IMG/VR virus record: IMGVR_UViG_2609459792_000007
DNA from: a virus
Taxonomy: Duplodnaviria; Heunggongvirae; Uroviricota; Caudoviricetes
Direction: 5' to 3' (one strand)
DNA length: 64,000 nt
Shown: one piece after another, positions 1 through 8,274 of the stretch
Position numbering within the stretch: the stretch's first letter is position 1
Layout of the letters: the number at the start of each line of letters is the position of its first letter
Notes under the pieces: generated by a model
What the model saw: only the letters and a program-made list of their open reading frames with translations
Database searches by the model: none
Told to the model about the DNA's origin: nothing
Program-made: the position numbers and the translations under genes

Positions 1-1160
1 ACTTCATCGGTAAAGATATTGTTTACTTCCACAGCCTGTTCTGGCCTGCCATGCTGGAAGGCAGCAACTTCCGCAAGCCGACCAACCTGTTTGTTCACGG
101 CTATGTGACGGTGAACGGCGCGAAGATGTCCAAGTCTCGCGGCACCTTTATTAAAGCCAGCACCTGGCTGAATCATTTTGACGCCGACAGCCTGCGTTAC
201 TACTACACTGCGAAACTCTCTTCGCGCATTGATGATATCGATCTCAACCTGGAGGATTTCGTTCAGCGCGTGAATGCCGATATCGTGAACAAAGTGGTTA
301 ACCTGGCCTCCCGTAATGCAGGCTTTATCAACAAGCGTTTTGACGGCGTGCTGGCAAGCGAACTGGCTGACCCGCAACTGTACAAAACCTTTACTGATGC
401 CGCTGAAGTGATTGGCGAAGCATGGGAAAGCCGCGAATTTGGTAAAGCTATCCGTGAAATCATGGCATTGGCTGACCTGGCTAACCGCTATGTCGATGAA
501 CAGGCTCCGTGGGTGGTGGCGAAGCAGGAAGGACGCGATGCCGATCTGCAGGCGATTTGCTCTATGGGCATTAACCTGTTCCGCGTGCTGATGACGTACC
601 TGAAGCCGGTACTGCCGAAACTGACTGAACGTGCAGAAGCATTCCTGAATACAGAACTGACCTGGGATGGTATCCAGCAACCGCTGCTGGGCCATAAAGT
701 GAATCCGTTCAAGGCACTGTATAACCGCATCGATATGAAGCAGGTTGAAGCACTGGTGGAAGCATCCAAAGAAGAAGTGAAAGCCACAGCCGCACCGGTA
801 ACTGGCCCACTGGCTGACGACCCGATTCAGGAAACTATCACCTTTGACGACTTCGCCAAAGTTGACCTGCGCGTGGCGCTGATTGAAAACGCAGAGTTTG
901 TAGAAGGTTCTGACAAACTGCTTCGTCTGACGCTGGATCTCGGTGGTGAAAAGCGTAATGTCTTCTCAGGCATCCGTTCCGCTTATCCAGATCCACAGGC
1001 ACTGATTGGTCGTCACACCATTATGGTGGCTAACCTGGCACCACGTAAAATGCGCTTCGGTATCTCCGAAGGCATGGTGATGGCTGCTGGCCCCGGCGGG
1101 AAAGATATCTTCCTGTTAAGCCCGGATGCTGGTGCTAAACCAGGCCACCAGGTTAAGTAA
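1..1160 (+). CDS. metG: methionyl-tRNA synthetase, C-terminal about 385 aa (5' end outside window)
   Basis: Frame is open from position 3; translation ([20 protein letters not shown]...KMSKSRGT...GAKPGHQVK) is recognisable as enterobacterial MetG including the KMSKS motif; stop TAA at 1158-1160. Confidence 0.95.
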
Positions 1161-1180
1161 TTAAACAACCTCTGTTCGCA

Positions 1181-1207
1181 ATGCCCGGCAACACGCTGGG
1201 CATTTTC
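1181..1207 (+). terminator. putative hairpin terminator downstream of metG
   Basis: atgccc-ggcaacacgct-gggcat stem-loop followed by tttc. Confidence 0.4.
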
Positions 1208-1243
1208 ATATAGACACAATCCCTTCTGATTTACGCATACCCT

Positions 1244-1258
1244 AAAACAATTTGTTTT
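1244..1258. promoter_or_regulatory. operator-like palindrome AAAACAA-T-TTGTTTT (family A)
   Basis: Perfect 15-bp dyad; overlaps presumed -35 region upstream of GATAAT at 1274-1279. Confidence 0.5.
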
Positions 1259-1293
1259 CTGCCTTTTGTTAATTGAGATAATAAGCCACATAA

Positions 1294-1309
1294 GAAAACA
1301 AATTGTTTC
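1294..1309. promoter_or_regulatory. operator-like palindrome GAAAACAAATTGTTTC (family A)
   Basis: Dyad between a GATAAT -10-like hexamer and the RBS of the 1322 gene. Confidence 0.55.
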
Positions 1310-1321
1310 GGAGTGGTTGAA

Positions 1322-1621
1322 ATGTTGAACATTACCCAAGCCTACCAGGTGGCATTGATCAGCTCATCTCATACATCAGAGGAAGATGCTCGCCGATTCA
1401 TGATCGCAAGCAATGAGCTGGATTGGGTTTCACAAATTGAGTACGGTTGCATTGTCCACGCCGGGTTACAGGACGATGACTGGAAAGATGAGTTGCGTCG
1501 ATATGGTATATCCGAGGGCGCGATTGCGAACATTCAGAAAGTACTTGATGTAGGCTTTGACTCTGTACATTTTGATTGTGGCGCACCGGTCGTTGAAGGG
1601 CTTGAGTGCTGGCAATGGTAA
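1322..1621 (+). CDS. hypothetical small acidic protein
   Basis: ORF with RBS ggagtgg 6-8 nt upstream of ATG 1322 (ORF track starts at 1313); preceded by family A operator. Confidence 0.6.
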   Translation: MLNITQAYQVALISSSHTSEEDARRFMIASNELDWVSQIEYGCIVHAGLQDDDWKDELRRYGISEGAIANIQKVLDVGFDSVHFDCGAPVVEGLECWQW

Positions 1622-1657
1622 TCCGGCAATCGCTTCATACTAGATAACGGAGAATTT

Positions 1658-1843
1658 ATGCTTAAAGAAGACTCATATCTACTAAAGGCGCTTGAAATGC
1701 GTGGCGTTGAACCTACAGTGAAAAACGCTCACGATATCTACCTTCAGTTTTCGCCAGAGCTGAAACAGCTCATAAATAAATATGGAGTGAATGACTCCAG
1801 CGTCAAAGCCATGATAGATGATGAATTAGACCATCTCATCTAA
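1658..1843 (+). CDS. hypothetical protein (61 aa)
   Basis: ORF with RBS acggag 7 nt upstream of ATG. Confidence 0.5.
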   Translation: MLKEDSYLLKALEMRGVEPTVKNAHDIYLQFSPELKQLINKYGVNDSSVKAMIDDELDHLI

Positions 1844-1859
1844 CCAAACCGTTGATAAT

Positions 1860-2790
1860 GGCGGTCACAATTTGATTCTTTTCTATAAGAATCCGTTGAT
1901 CGCCACTACTCCCCTTCCATACCCGCAATCACATCCTTAAATATCAATAAGTTATAGTTGTTTATACAATCAAGAAAACAACTGAATAACAGATCAACGA
2001 AACGTCAACGCTTTCACCCGATTTGGTCTAAAAAATTGACGTTTTCACACATCACTGCTTATACCCGTAATTCTACGCAGCAGACAGCGCCACAGCGTCC
2101 AATTTTCACCACAGACGACCCAACACACTACCAACAAAAACACACGCTCAAAATCGTTCCCGTTGCGTTACATAACCATATAAACAACTTATTTTCAGGC
2201 ATAACAAAACAACTAAATAACACATATGCCATTACCAAAAACAACCAACCTCTTTATGGCAGGCTACCGAAAAGACCCACCTCTTCTTCCCAGGCTACCG
2301 GACAACCAACCTAACTTTCACAGGCAATCCGAAAACATTCATACGCGCGATACCCACGATACGCCATTCCCCAAATAGCGAAGCACACCAGAATCACTGA
2401 AACCCCCAACGAAGCCTGTAACCGCAAGGTTTCTCTCAATCCCAAAAGACACGAAACAGAACAATCACGGGAAACGCCATTACCCAACACACGAATAACT
2501 ACAAAAGCCTTTCACGCACTCCAGACAAACACAATAACGAAAGGAATCGCCCACCTGCCATTACTCCATATACGGAGAAGAACAATCACCAAAACGACGA
2601 GAACCCCCCATAGAAGAACCACCGCAAAACGAACGAAACCACATACACCGACAGATAAAACAACACACCCAATTCACCAACAGAAATAGTCGTCGTATAG
2701 AACGTTCTGGAAGGAGTGAGCATTAACGCCTATAGAGAGGTTGAGACAGATAAAACACGAAGAAAACACAACATGTATAGCGAAGAAGCC
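1860..2790. repeat. A+C-rich, G/T-poor non-coding tract (strong strand compositional skew)
   Basis: About 900 bp dominated by A and C on the plus strand; only a low-complexity ORF (1958-2314) with no RBS; recurring caggctaccg words. Confidence 0.6.
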
Positions 2791-2899
2791 AGGTATGTAT
2801 AAGTGGGGAGGGAAGGAGGGGTGTCGCCTCCTTTTTCGTATTTATTCAACTCCTGATTTTATCCCCCGTAACACCCCTACGGTCAGCCTTCGGTCCATA

Positions 2900-3035
2900 C
2901 AGGGAAAAGGTTGCATCCCGCTACAGAAACGGCTGGGTTGCCTTCGGGGAACGGCTGGAGGTTTTCAGGGAAACGGTCGAGTTGCCTGTGTGGATTTCGG
3001 GAGAAGGCTCGATGCCGGTTCAGGAACGGTGGCGT
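2900..3035. repeat. iteron-like direct repeats G(G/A)AACGG(C/T), about 22-bp spacing, 5 copies
   Basis: cagaaacggctgg 2924, gggaacggctgg 2947, cagggaaacggtcg 2967, gggagaaggctcg 2998, caggaacggtggc 3021. Confidence 0.6.
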
Positions 3036-3364
3036 ACCGGTATAGCGAGAGGGAGAGTTGCGGCTACCCACCTGTAATGTGCGGGAAGAAGAGAGGCGCT
3101 CACGTAGGCGGACTTGCTTACCGCTGGATTCCCTCTGAATGCCCAGCTACAGCGTAATTGTGCCAGACAGTCAGCGGGTCACAATCGATTTCAGTAGGTT
3201 TTCGGGGAGGGGATTATTCTGCCCACCAGCCATCTTCGGCCACTAAATCAGAATAATGTAAAAAGTGTACTCGATACTGAACCTGAAAACTCACTGCCAA
3301 AACAACATTCACCGGAATAAAATCCTTTTTAGCCTGTGCGTTATTGCGATAATAACACCAACGA

Positions 3365-3380
3365 GAAAACAAGTTGTTTA
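3365..3380. promoter_or_regulatory. operator-like palindrome GAAAACAAGTTGTTTA (family A)
   Basis: Sits 10 nt downstream of GATAAT (3345-3350) and just upstream of RBS aagga. Confidence 0.55.
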
Positions 3381-3391
3381 AGGATTGCTTT

Positions 3392-3721
3392 ATGTTTGCA
3401 AATATCGACATCAACCAAATCAAGAAATTAACTCAAAAAGAGTTTGATCAGTTTTATGAGTTAGAAGGTTGGTCTTCCACTCTGATCAATTCGCGGTGGG
3501 TGCTTGAGCTGATGACTCGTGATGACGCACCTGCTTTGATGATCAGCGACCTGGGTGAAGATGCTGACTTTATGGATATGAGCGAATTTTGTGTGGACAC
3601 ATACAACCGCAGCCAGAAGTACTACTTCACATGCGATAGCGAAAATGACGTGATTTCTAAGGTCTATCTTCACCTCGTCCAGCATTGGGACGTTCAGGAG
3701 TTTCTTGAAGTATTCGAGTAA
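3392..3721 (+). CDS. hypothetical small acidic protein
   Basis: ATG 3392 with RBS aagga at 3380-3384; ORF track alternative start 3374 lies inside the operator; D/E-rich translation. Confidence 0.6.
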   Translation: MFANIDINQIKKLTQKEFDQFYELEGWSSTLINSRWVLELMTRDDAPALMISDLGEDADFMDMSEFCVDTYNRSQKYYFTCDSENDVISKVYLHLVQHWDVQEFLEVFE

Positions 3722-3728
3722 CCCCAAC

Positions 3729-3757
3729 CAAAGCCAGCATTGCTGGCTTAATTTCTC
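3729..3757 (+). terminator. hairpin terminator
   Basis: aagccagc-attg-ctggctt followed by aatttctc. Confidence 0.5.
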
Positions 3758-3848
3758 TATAGCCGCAGGGAAGAACCTGCATATCGCTCATGCACCTGAT
3801 CAATATGCTTTGTAGCCGTTTTCTTACTGGTATTATTTACGCCATTGA

Positions 3849-3864
3849 GAAAACAAGTTGTTTA
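3849..3864. promoter_or_regulatory. operator-like palindrome GAAAACAAGTTGTTTA (family A)
   Basis: Downstream of TATTAT -10-like hexamer, immediately before RBS acggag. Confidence 0.55.
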
Positions 3865-3874
3865 CGGAGTTGTG

Positions 3875-4186
3875 ATGAAAAAATCATTGGTTCTTGGTCT
3901 GGACAAAGACCAGAAGAGAAAAGAGAAGCCTGCGCTGGTTGCTCAATTAACTTTGCTGGACATCGTTGCCAATGGAACCTCTATTCGTCTGTTCCGTGAA
4001 ACAGCGGTGTCTTTCGATAAAAACACCTTTACTCGTTATGTAATGAATGTTCGTCGCCAGCGTGGAAAAGGCTGGGTGGCATTTCAAAGAATGTGGCCGG
4101 AACATCAGCTCGAACTGGCTTTGATGGAAGTTAACCGCGTGGCCCAGCAAGAGATTCAGAGAGCATCAGTGATGGCAATAGCCTGA
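3875..4186 (+). CDS. hypothetical basic protein
   Basis: ATG 3875 with RBS acggag; ORF track start 3845 lies inside the operator. Confidence 0.55.
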   Translation: MKKSLVLGLDKDQKRKEKPALVAQLTLLDIVANGTSIRLFRETAVSFDKNTFTRYVMNVRRQRGKGWVAFQRMWPEHQLELALMEVNRVAQQEIQRASVMAIA

Positions 4187-4220
4187 TAATGTGCAAGTGG
4201 TAATTAGTCGACAGTACGAC

Positions 4221-4249
4221 AGCCCCGCCATCCTTACGGGGCTTTTTTG
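4221..4249 (+). terminator. rho-independent terminator
   Basis: agccccg-ccatccttac-ggggct followed by tttttt. Confidence 0.8.
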
Positions 4250-4253
4250 TATT

Positions 4254-4269
4254 GTAAGTACATACTTAC
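4254..4269. promoter_or_regulatory. palindrome GTAAGTA-CA-TACTTAC (family B, TAAGTA type)
   Basis: Perfect inverted repeat directly after the terminator and upstream of the 4313 gene. Confidence 0.5.
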
Positions 4270-4312
4270 GATCATAGAATATAAAAATAACCAAAACACT
4301 ACGGAGAGTGAA

Positions 4313-4708
4313 ATGACCGTTAAACGCGAAAAACTGACAGTTGATGTTTACTATGCCTCTGAAACCGCCGAAGGTAAGAATGTGGCAAAAATCACCGTTG
4401 TTACGTACAACACCGAAACTGGTGCCGAAGTCCAGGCCAGTACGATTGTGCGTAAAGGTGATGCCTCCGGCGGCGAGTACGCGACTCAATACCAGTCCAT
4501 TCTCGATGCAACTGACCCGCTGCTGCTGAAAATCGAGAACTACTTCCGCCAGGTTGATGAAGAGGTGTTTGAAACCATGATGAATATGGTTAACACCGTA
4601 TTCGCCTCCAGCCTGAATACCAACACTACCTGGATTGGTCAGTACGGCCTGCGCATTACCTCTGGCATTCCTGCCGACACCTTAATCCCTGAAAGCGTAT
4701 TCGCTTAA
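4313..4708 (+). CDS. hypothetical protein
   Basis: ATG 4313 with RBS ggagag 5 nt upstream. Confidence 0.65.
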   Translation: MTVKREKLTVDVYYASETAEGKNVAKITVVTYNTETGAEVQASTIVRKGDASGGEYATQYQSILDATDPLLLKIENYFRQVDEEVFETMMNMVNTVFASSLNTNTTWIGQYGLRITSGIPADTLIPESVFA

Positions 4709-4720
4709 TCCTCTTTAAAT

Positions 4721-4748
4721 GGCGCGTAAACCGCGCCATTTTATTATG
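4721..4748 (+). terminator. rho-independent terminator
   Basis: ggcgcg-taaacc-gcgcc followed by attttatt. Confidence 0.75.
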
Positions 4749-4751
4749 CCC

Positions 4752-4768
4752 GATAACAATTTGTTTTC
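4752..4768. promoter_or_regulatory. operator-like palindrome GATAACAATTTGTTTTC (family A)
   Basis: Same word plus tctgcc flank as the copy at 1244. Confidence 0.5.
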
Positions 4769-4825
4769 TGCCTTATCTGATTTGTGAAAATGATTTCACT
4801 GAAGCAACTTAATAAGGAAACCATC

Positions 4826-5200
4826 ATGGGACTTGATATCTATATCGAGACGCAGCCTAAAAACGATCTGAATAACGAGGCATCCAGAAAGCAGGTTGCT
4901 TACTTCCGTAAGTTCAATGCGCTCGTTGGGTGGATGGAGCGCAACGTAGGTGAAGTCGAAAATTGTGAGCTTTTAGAATTAACGATGAATGACATTTGTT
5001 TTCTGAAGGCTCATTTGATGCACATAAACGAAAGTAATTGCGAAGAGTACTTGCCTACCCGGGAAGGTTTTTTCTTCGGCAGTCAGGAGTACGATGAAGG
5101 TTACTGGCATGATGTGGGGCAGTTGAAAGAGCTTGTGGAAGATCTGATTAAGAACCACGACTTTCACAATAACAGACTGACCTTCTGCGCCTGGTGGTAA
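4826..5200 (+). CDS. hypothetical protein
   Basis: ATG 4826 with RBS aaggaaac; ORF track start at 4784. Confidence 0.6.
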   Translation: MGLDIYIETQPKNDLNNEASRKQVAYFRKFNALVGWMERNVGEVENCELLELTMNDICFLKAHLMHINESNCEEYLPTREGFFFGSQEYDEGYWHDVGQLKELVEDLIKNHDFHNNRLTFCAWW

Positions 5201-5202
5201 AT

Positions 5203-5346
5203 ATGGGCGATTTCAAGAAACGCCTGAAGGAAAGAGCCGAGATGGTCAGAAAGCGAAACGCCTCTTCTGTCATCAGATACGCAAGGCAGTTTAGTCGCAA
5301 CAACAAATCAGTTGAGGAAAAGATCCTTAGCGTAATCGGGCGATAA
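5203..5346 (+). CDS. possible small basic protein (47 aa), below ORF-track size cutoff
   Basis: ATG 3 nt after the upstream stop; K/R-rich translation MGDFKKRLKERAEMVRKRNA...; ends just before terminator. Confidence 0.3.
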   Translation: MGDFKKRLKERAEMVRKRNASSVIRYARQFSRNNKSVEEKILSVIGR

Positions 5347-5349
5347 TTA

Positions 5350-5377
5350 TTAAGGCCACCAGCATTGGTGGCCTTAA
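5350..5377 (+). terminator. hairpin terminator, copy 1 of a twin element
   Basis: ttaaggccacca-gcat-tggtggccttaa. Confidence 0.6.
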
Positions 5378-5501
5378 ATGACTTTTAATAACCGAAGGTT
5401 AGTTTGAAACCTGGCTATCAACTTCCAGAACCTTTCTTGTGTATTCAGCCTGTATTAACTTCTTTTATGCCTTATCTACACTGCGATAATTACACCAACA
5501 A

Positions 5502-5518
5502 GAAAACAACATGTTTAC
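5502..5518. promoter_or_regulatory. operator variant GAAAACAACATGTTTAC (family A)
   Basis: Preceded by GATAAT (5485-5490) plus tacaccaac spacer as at 3345 and 5970. Confidence 0.5.
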
Positions 5519-5535
5519 GCAGTGAGGATATGCTC

Positions 5536-5817
5536 ATGACTGATTTCACCATTACCCCTAAAGCACAAAATGTATTCCTTGAATCATGGCTGGACTTGCC
5601 GGAAACAGAACAGCAAGAAATGGATCATGTGGATTATGACGAGCAGGTAAGCACGCGATTCTTCCACTTTGAGGGCTGCGTTTACGACATTGCCGACTTC
5701 ATGCGAGATGACCGCTTCCCTGAATGGCACGCCAGTTATCCACTAAACGCCTTTGCCATGCTGATGATCCGTGTGGATGATTCAGGGGATACCATCGACA
5801 TCGGTCTGCTCCACTAA
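5536..5817 (+). CDS. hypothetical small acidic protein
   Basis: ATG 5536 with RBS gagga 7 nt upstream; D/E-rich. Confidence 0.6.
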   Translation: MTDFTITPKAQNVFLESWLDLPETEQQEMDHVDYDEQVSTRFFHFEGCVYDIADFMRDDRFPEWHASYPLNAFAMLMIRVDDSGDTIDIGLLH

Positions 5818-5820
5818 AGA

Positions 5821-5848
5821 TTAAGGCCACCAATGCTGGTGGCCTTAA
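5821..5848 (+). terminator. hairpin terminator, copy 2 of twin element (loop inverted)
   Basis: ttaaggccacca-atgc-tggtggccttaa; same stem as 5350 with loop gcat changed to atgc. Confidence 0.6.
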
Positions 5849-5986
5849 ATGACCATCCTGTTTCCCGCAGGCTAAAAACACCAACCTCTTACCTCCAGGC
5901 AACCGACAAACCCACCTGTTCCCGTCCGGCTACCGCAACTTTCCACTTTGACGCCTTATTCGTACAACGATAATTAACACCAACAA

Positions 5987-6002
5987 GAAAACAATTTGTT
6001 AT
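5987..6002. promoter_or_regulatory. sigma70-like promoter plus family A operator GAAAACAATTTGTTAT
   Basis: TTTGAC (5946-5951), 16-nt spacer, GATAAT (5968-5973), then the dyad, then RBS aagga. Confidence 0.6.
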
Positions 6003-6021
6003 TTACGATAAGGAATTAATC

Positions 6022-6504
6022 ATGAATTTTATCGCTACTGTAAACGCACCCGCACATGGCAATATCGCTGTAACGTTCTCTGACATTGAAAAACGAGTAC
6101 TTGGTGCATGGCGCGACAATGAGACGGTAGAACTGTCAGCACAAGAAAAATGCATTATTGCACGCGACATCATTGGCAATCGTCGTTACTCGCGGGTATT
6201 TGAGAAAGCGTATGTGGTAAATTCTGGGTTCGGAACGTTCGTCTTTCCGGTGCGCTCCGGGCGATTCTGCCAGTCCAAGCTGATTGAGTTCGCTACGCAG
6301 ATTTCTGTCTGGATTAAAACTCAATCGTCGTTCAAATTTTCCGACGATGAAGCAGTATCGCAGGGGATGCGGATCGCCAACAATGCGATTAAATGCAAAA
6401 ACATTACGTATACCGCTGGCGTTGACACATGGAAACTGTTTTGCGCTAACTTTATGCTGAATGTATACGCAAGCAACCGCATCCACATCCTTGATGGCGT
6501 GTAA
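6022..6504 (+). CDS. hypothetical protein (160 aa)
   Basis: ATG with RBS aaggaa; preceded by promoter/operator module. Confidence 0.65.
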   Translation: MNFIATVNAPAHGNIAVTFSDIEKRVLGAWRDNETVELSAQEKCIIARDIIGNRRYSRVFEKAYVVNSGFGTFVFPVRSGRFCQSKLIEFATQISVWIKTQSSFKFSDDEAVSQGMRIANNAIKCKNITYTAGVDTWKLFCANFMLNVYASNRIHILDGV

Positions 6505-6513
6505 CTGAGAAGA

Positions 6514-6535
6514 GGGCCAGAAACGGCCCTTTCTC
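6514..6535 (+). terminator. hairpin terminator
   Basis: gggcc-agaaac-ggccc followed by tttctc. Confidence 0.6.
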
Positions 6536-6553
6536 TATAGCCACCAGCTGCCG

Positions 6554-6633
6554 CAGGGAAATTTTCAGAAACGGCGAGGAACGTATTCATGAGCCGACGG
6601 GAAACGGCCAGGATTTTTTCGGGAAACGGCTGC
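6554..6633. repeat. second iteron-like cluster TTTTC(A/G)GGAAACGGC
   Basis: cagaaacggcgagg 6566, cgggaaacggccagg 6598, cgggaaacggctgc 6620; last two exactly 22 bp apart. Confidence 0.55.
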
Positions 6634-7088
6634 ATTCGCCTTTATGTAGAAAAAACATCGGGAAGCTGGTGGAATCCAACCAGCGGTTGTCGGACAGGCG
6701 AGCGGGGAAAATTATGATGACTTTCGTCGCCTGATACATCCAGATTTCTTTCGTAGCGTAATCACATACGTGATTAAGTGGTGTGATTATGTGAAAAATC
6801 ACGCGCACATAATACGCGAGCGGACACAGAACAACACAAAATGCCGATCCGCGCCGACAAATAAACGCGGATCACATAGCAAGACTAAAAGCCAATGATT
6901 AACCATACGCTATAGCGCAATATAACGCGTTTTAAGCGCGTTAATGTGTTAAGTAATGGGTATGTACTGGCAAGGATATAAAAGCGCGTCTATGGCGTTA
7001 TTTTGGCGCTTATTTTTATGTTGTTGGAGTGAGTTAAAGACAATAAAAAACGCCCCATCATGGGCGGGTTATGGGGGGAGTATTGAAA

Positions 7089-7128
7089 AAAAAAAAAGCG
7101 CCCATGGGGGGCGCTCGATTTTATTTGT
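7089..7128. terminator. bidirectional hairpin terminator
   Basis: A-run, gcgccc-catgg-ggggcgc, T-run; ends the minus-strand 8274-7121 operon. Confidence 0.7.
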
Positions 7129-7351
7129 GTAAACTGATTTTAAATCCCATTTCTACAAACGCTTTTAACATTAAAAATATATCAGCGTCGTTCACGTCTG
7201 CTTTTTTTCGCTCCTGGTCGCTCAATAAATCAATTTTACGCGTTGTTTCATCGATAAACTCGACTGCGCGCCCAGCGTAACCAGCGATCCCAGCGATGCG
7301 ATTAACATAATATTCGTTATGGACGTTAACGCCAGCGATAAGAACAAACAT
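7121..7351 (-). CDS. hypothetical protein (76 aa)
   Basis: ORF in AT-rich minus-strand block. Confidence 0.4.
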   Translation of the reverse strand: MFVLIAGVNVHNEYYVNRIAGIAGYAGRAVEFIDETTRKIDLLSDQERKKADVNDADIFLMLKAFVEMGFKISLHK

Positions 7352-7371
7352 GATTAAGCTCCTTAAAAAAA

Positions 7372-7620
7372 TTAAATAGAATTTTGAAGTTTTCCGATTA
7401 ATGCGCTTAAACGTAAGTATTCACGTTTGCGCTTGCAATCTCGCTTGCTGTTAAGCAAATCAGAAAACGTAAAATTTAATTGGTCGCGTTGCGCGATTAA
7501 ATCATCGATTAATTCTAGTTTATAAGCGCGATACTTTGCGCGATATTCCGCGCGGATCTTGTCATAGCTGACCATTTTCAAAGCTCCTTTAAAGCGCCCA
7601 TAGTGGGCGCTTGATTCCAT
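7372..7620 (-). CDS. hypothetical protein (start uncertain)
   Basis: ORF in AT-rich minus-strand block; K/R-rich. Confidence 0.4.
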   Translation of the reverse strand: MESSAHYGRFKGALKMVSYDKIRAEYRAKYRAYKLELIDDLIAQRDQLNFTFSDLLNSKRDCKRKREYLRLSALIGKLQNSI

Positions 7621-7623
7621 TAA

Positions 7624-8274
7624 TTACGCTTTGAAAGCATCAGCTAAATAATTGTAGAAATCATTTTTAATGAAGCGATATTGCTGAGTACCAGCTTTCG
7701 CGCTCCCAGCTCCTTTGACTTTTTCAACAAGTCCAAGACGTTCGCAAAGATTGATCAACTGGTTGGCTTGAGTATAGCCAGCGTCCAATTTAATTTCACA
7801 CGCTTTTTTAGCTTCATTCATTAAATCGAAAACAGCGCCATTAGTGAACGTGTCGATCTCGTCGTTAATCATATCGATTAAAGCGAATACACGAGATCCT
7901 GACATATCAGCGACGGAATAAACACATTTGCCAGCTTTAATGGATTTAACCAGATAAACCAGTTTTTCCAGAGAATAACTATTAGTCATTGCATCACGGA
8001 AAAATACTTCTGGCGCTTGTTTGCTTGCTTTAATCGCATAGTAGAAAACAGAGCATAATTTTTCGTCTTCTACAGCGTTTACAACGTTGTTGATGAAGTA
8101 AGCAAGTTTAGTGGTCGCAGCTTGCATATTTGCTTTGTCTGCTTTAGTGTGCGTACCATTTTTATAATGTTCATTATATGTTTGAGTTGCCAGATCTGCT
8201 TTTTCGCGCAGTTCATCGGATACAATGGAAGCAGCTTCAACGATGGATTTTTTAGAAATGATAATGTTAGCCAT
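7624..8274 (-). CDS. hypothetical protein (216 aa)
   Basis: Long ORF in AT-rich block; no recognisable motif. Confidence 0.6.
   Translation of the reverse strand: MANIIISKKSIVEAASIVSDELREKADLATQTYNEHYKNGTHTKADKANMQAATTKLAYFINNVVNAVEDEKLCSVFYYAIKASKQAPEVFFRDAMTNSYSLEKLVYLVKSIKAGKCVYSVADMSGSRVFALIDMINDEIDTFTNGAVFDLMNEAKKACEIKLDAGYTQANQLINLCERLGLVEKVKGAGSAKAGTQQYRFIKNDFYNYLADAFKA

Noticed and set aside
1958-2314. 118-aa plus-strand ORF inside the A+C-rich tract
   Set aside because: Translation is low-complexity (Q/T/N/P-rich), there is no RBS, and the frame is a by-product of the skewed composition.
2741-3157. 138-aa plus-strand ORF
   Set aside because: Overlaps the iteron-like repeat cluster and a terminator-like hairpin; Gly/Arg/Cys-rich translation mirrors the GGAAACGG repeats rather than a protein.
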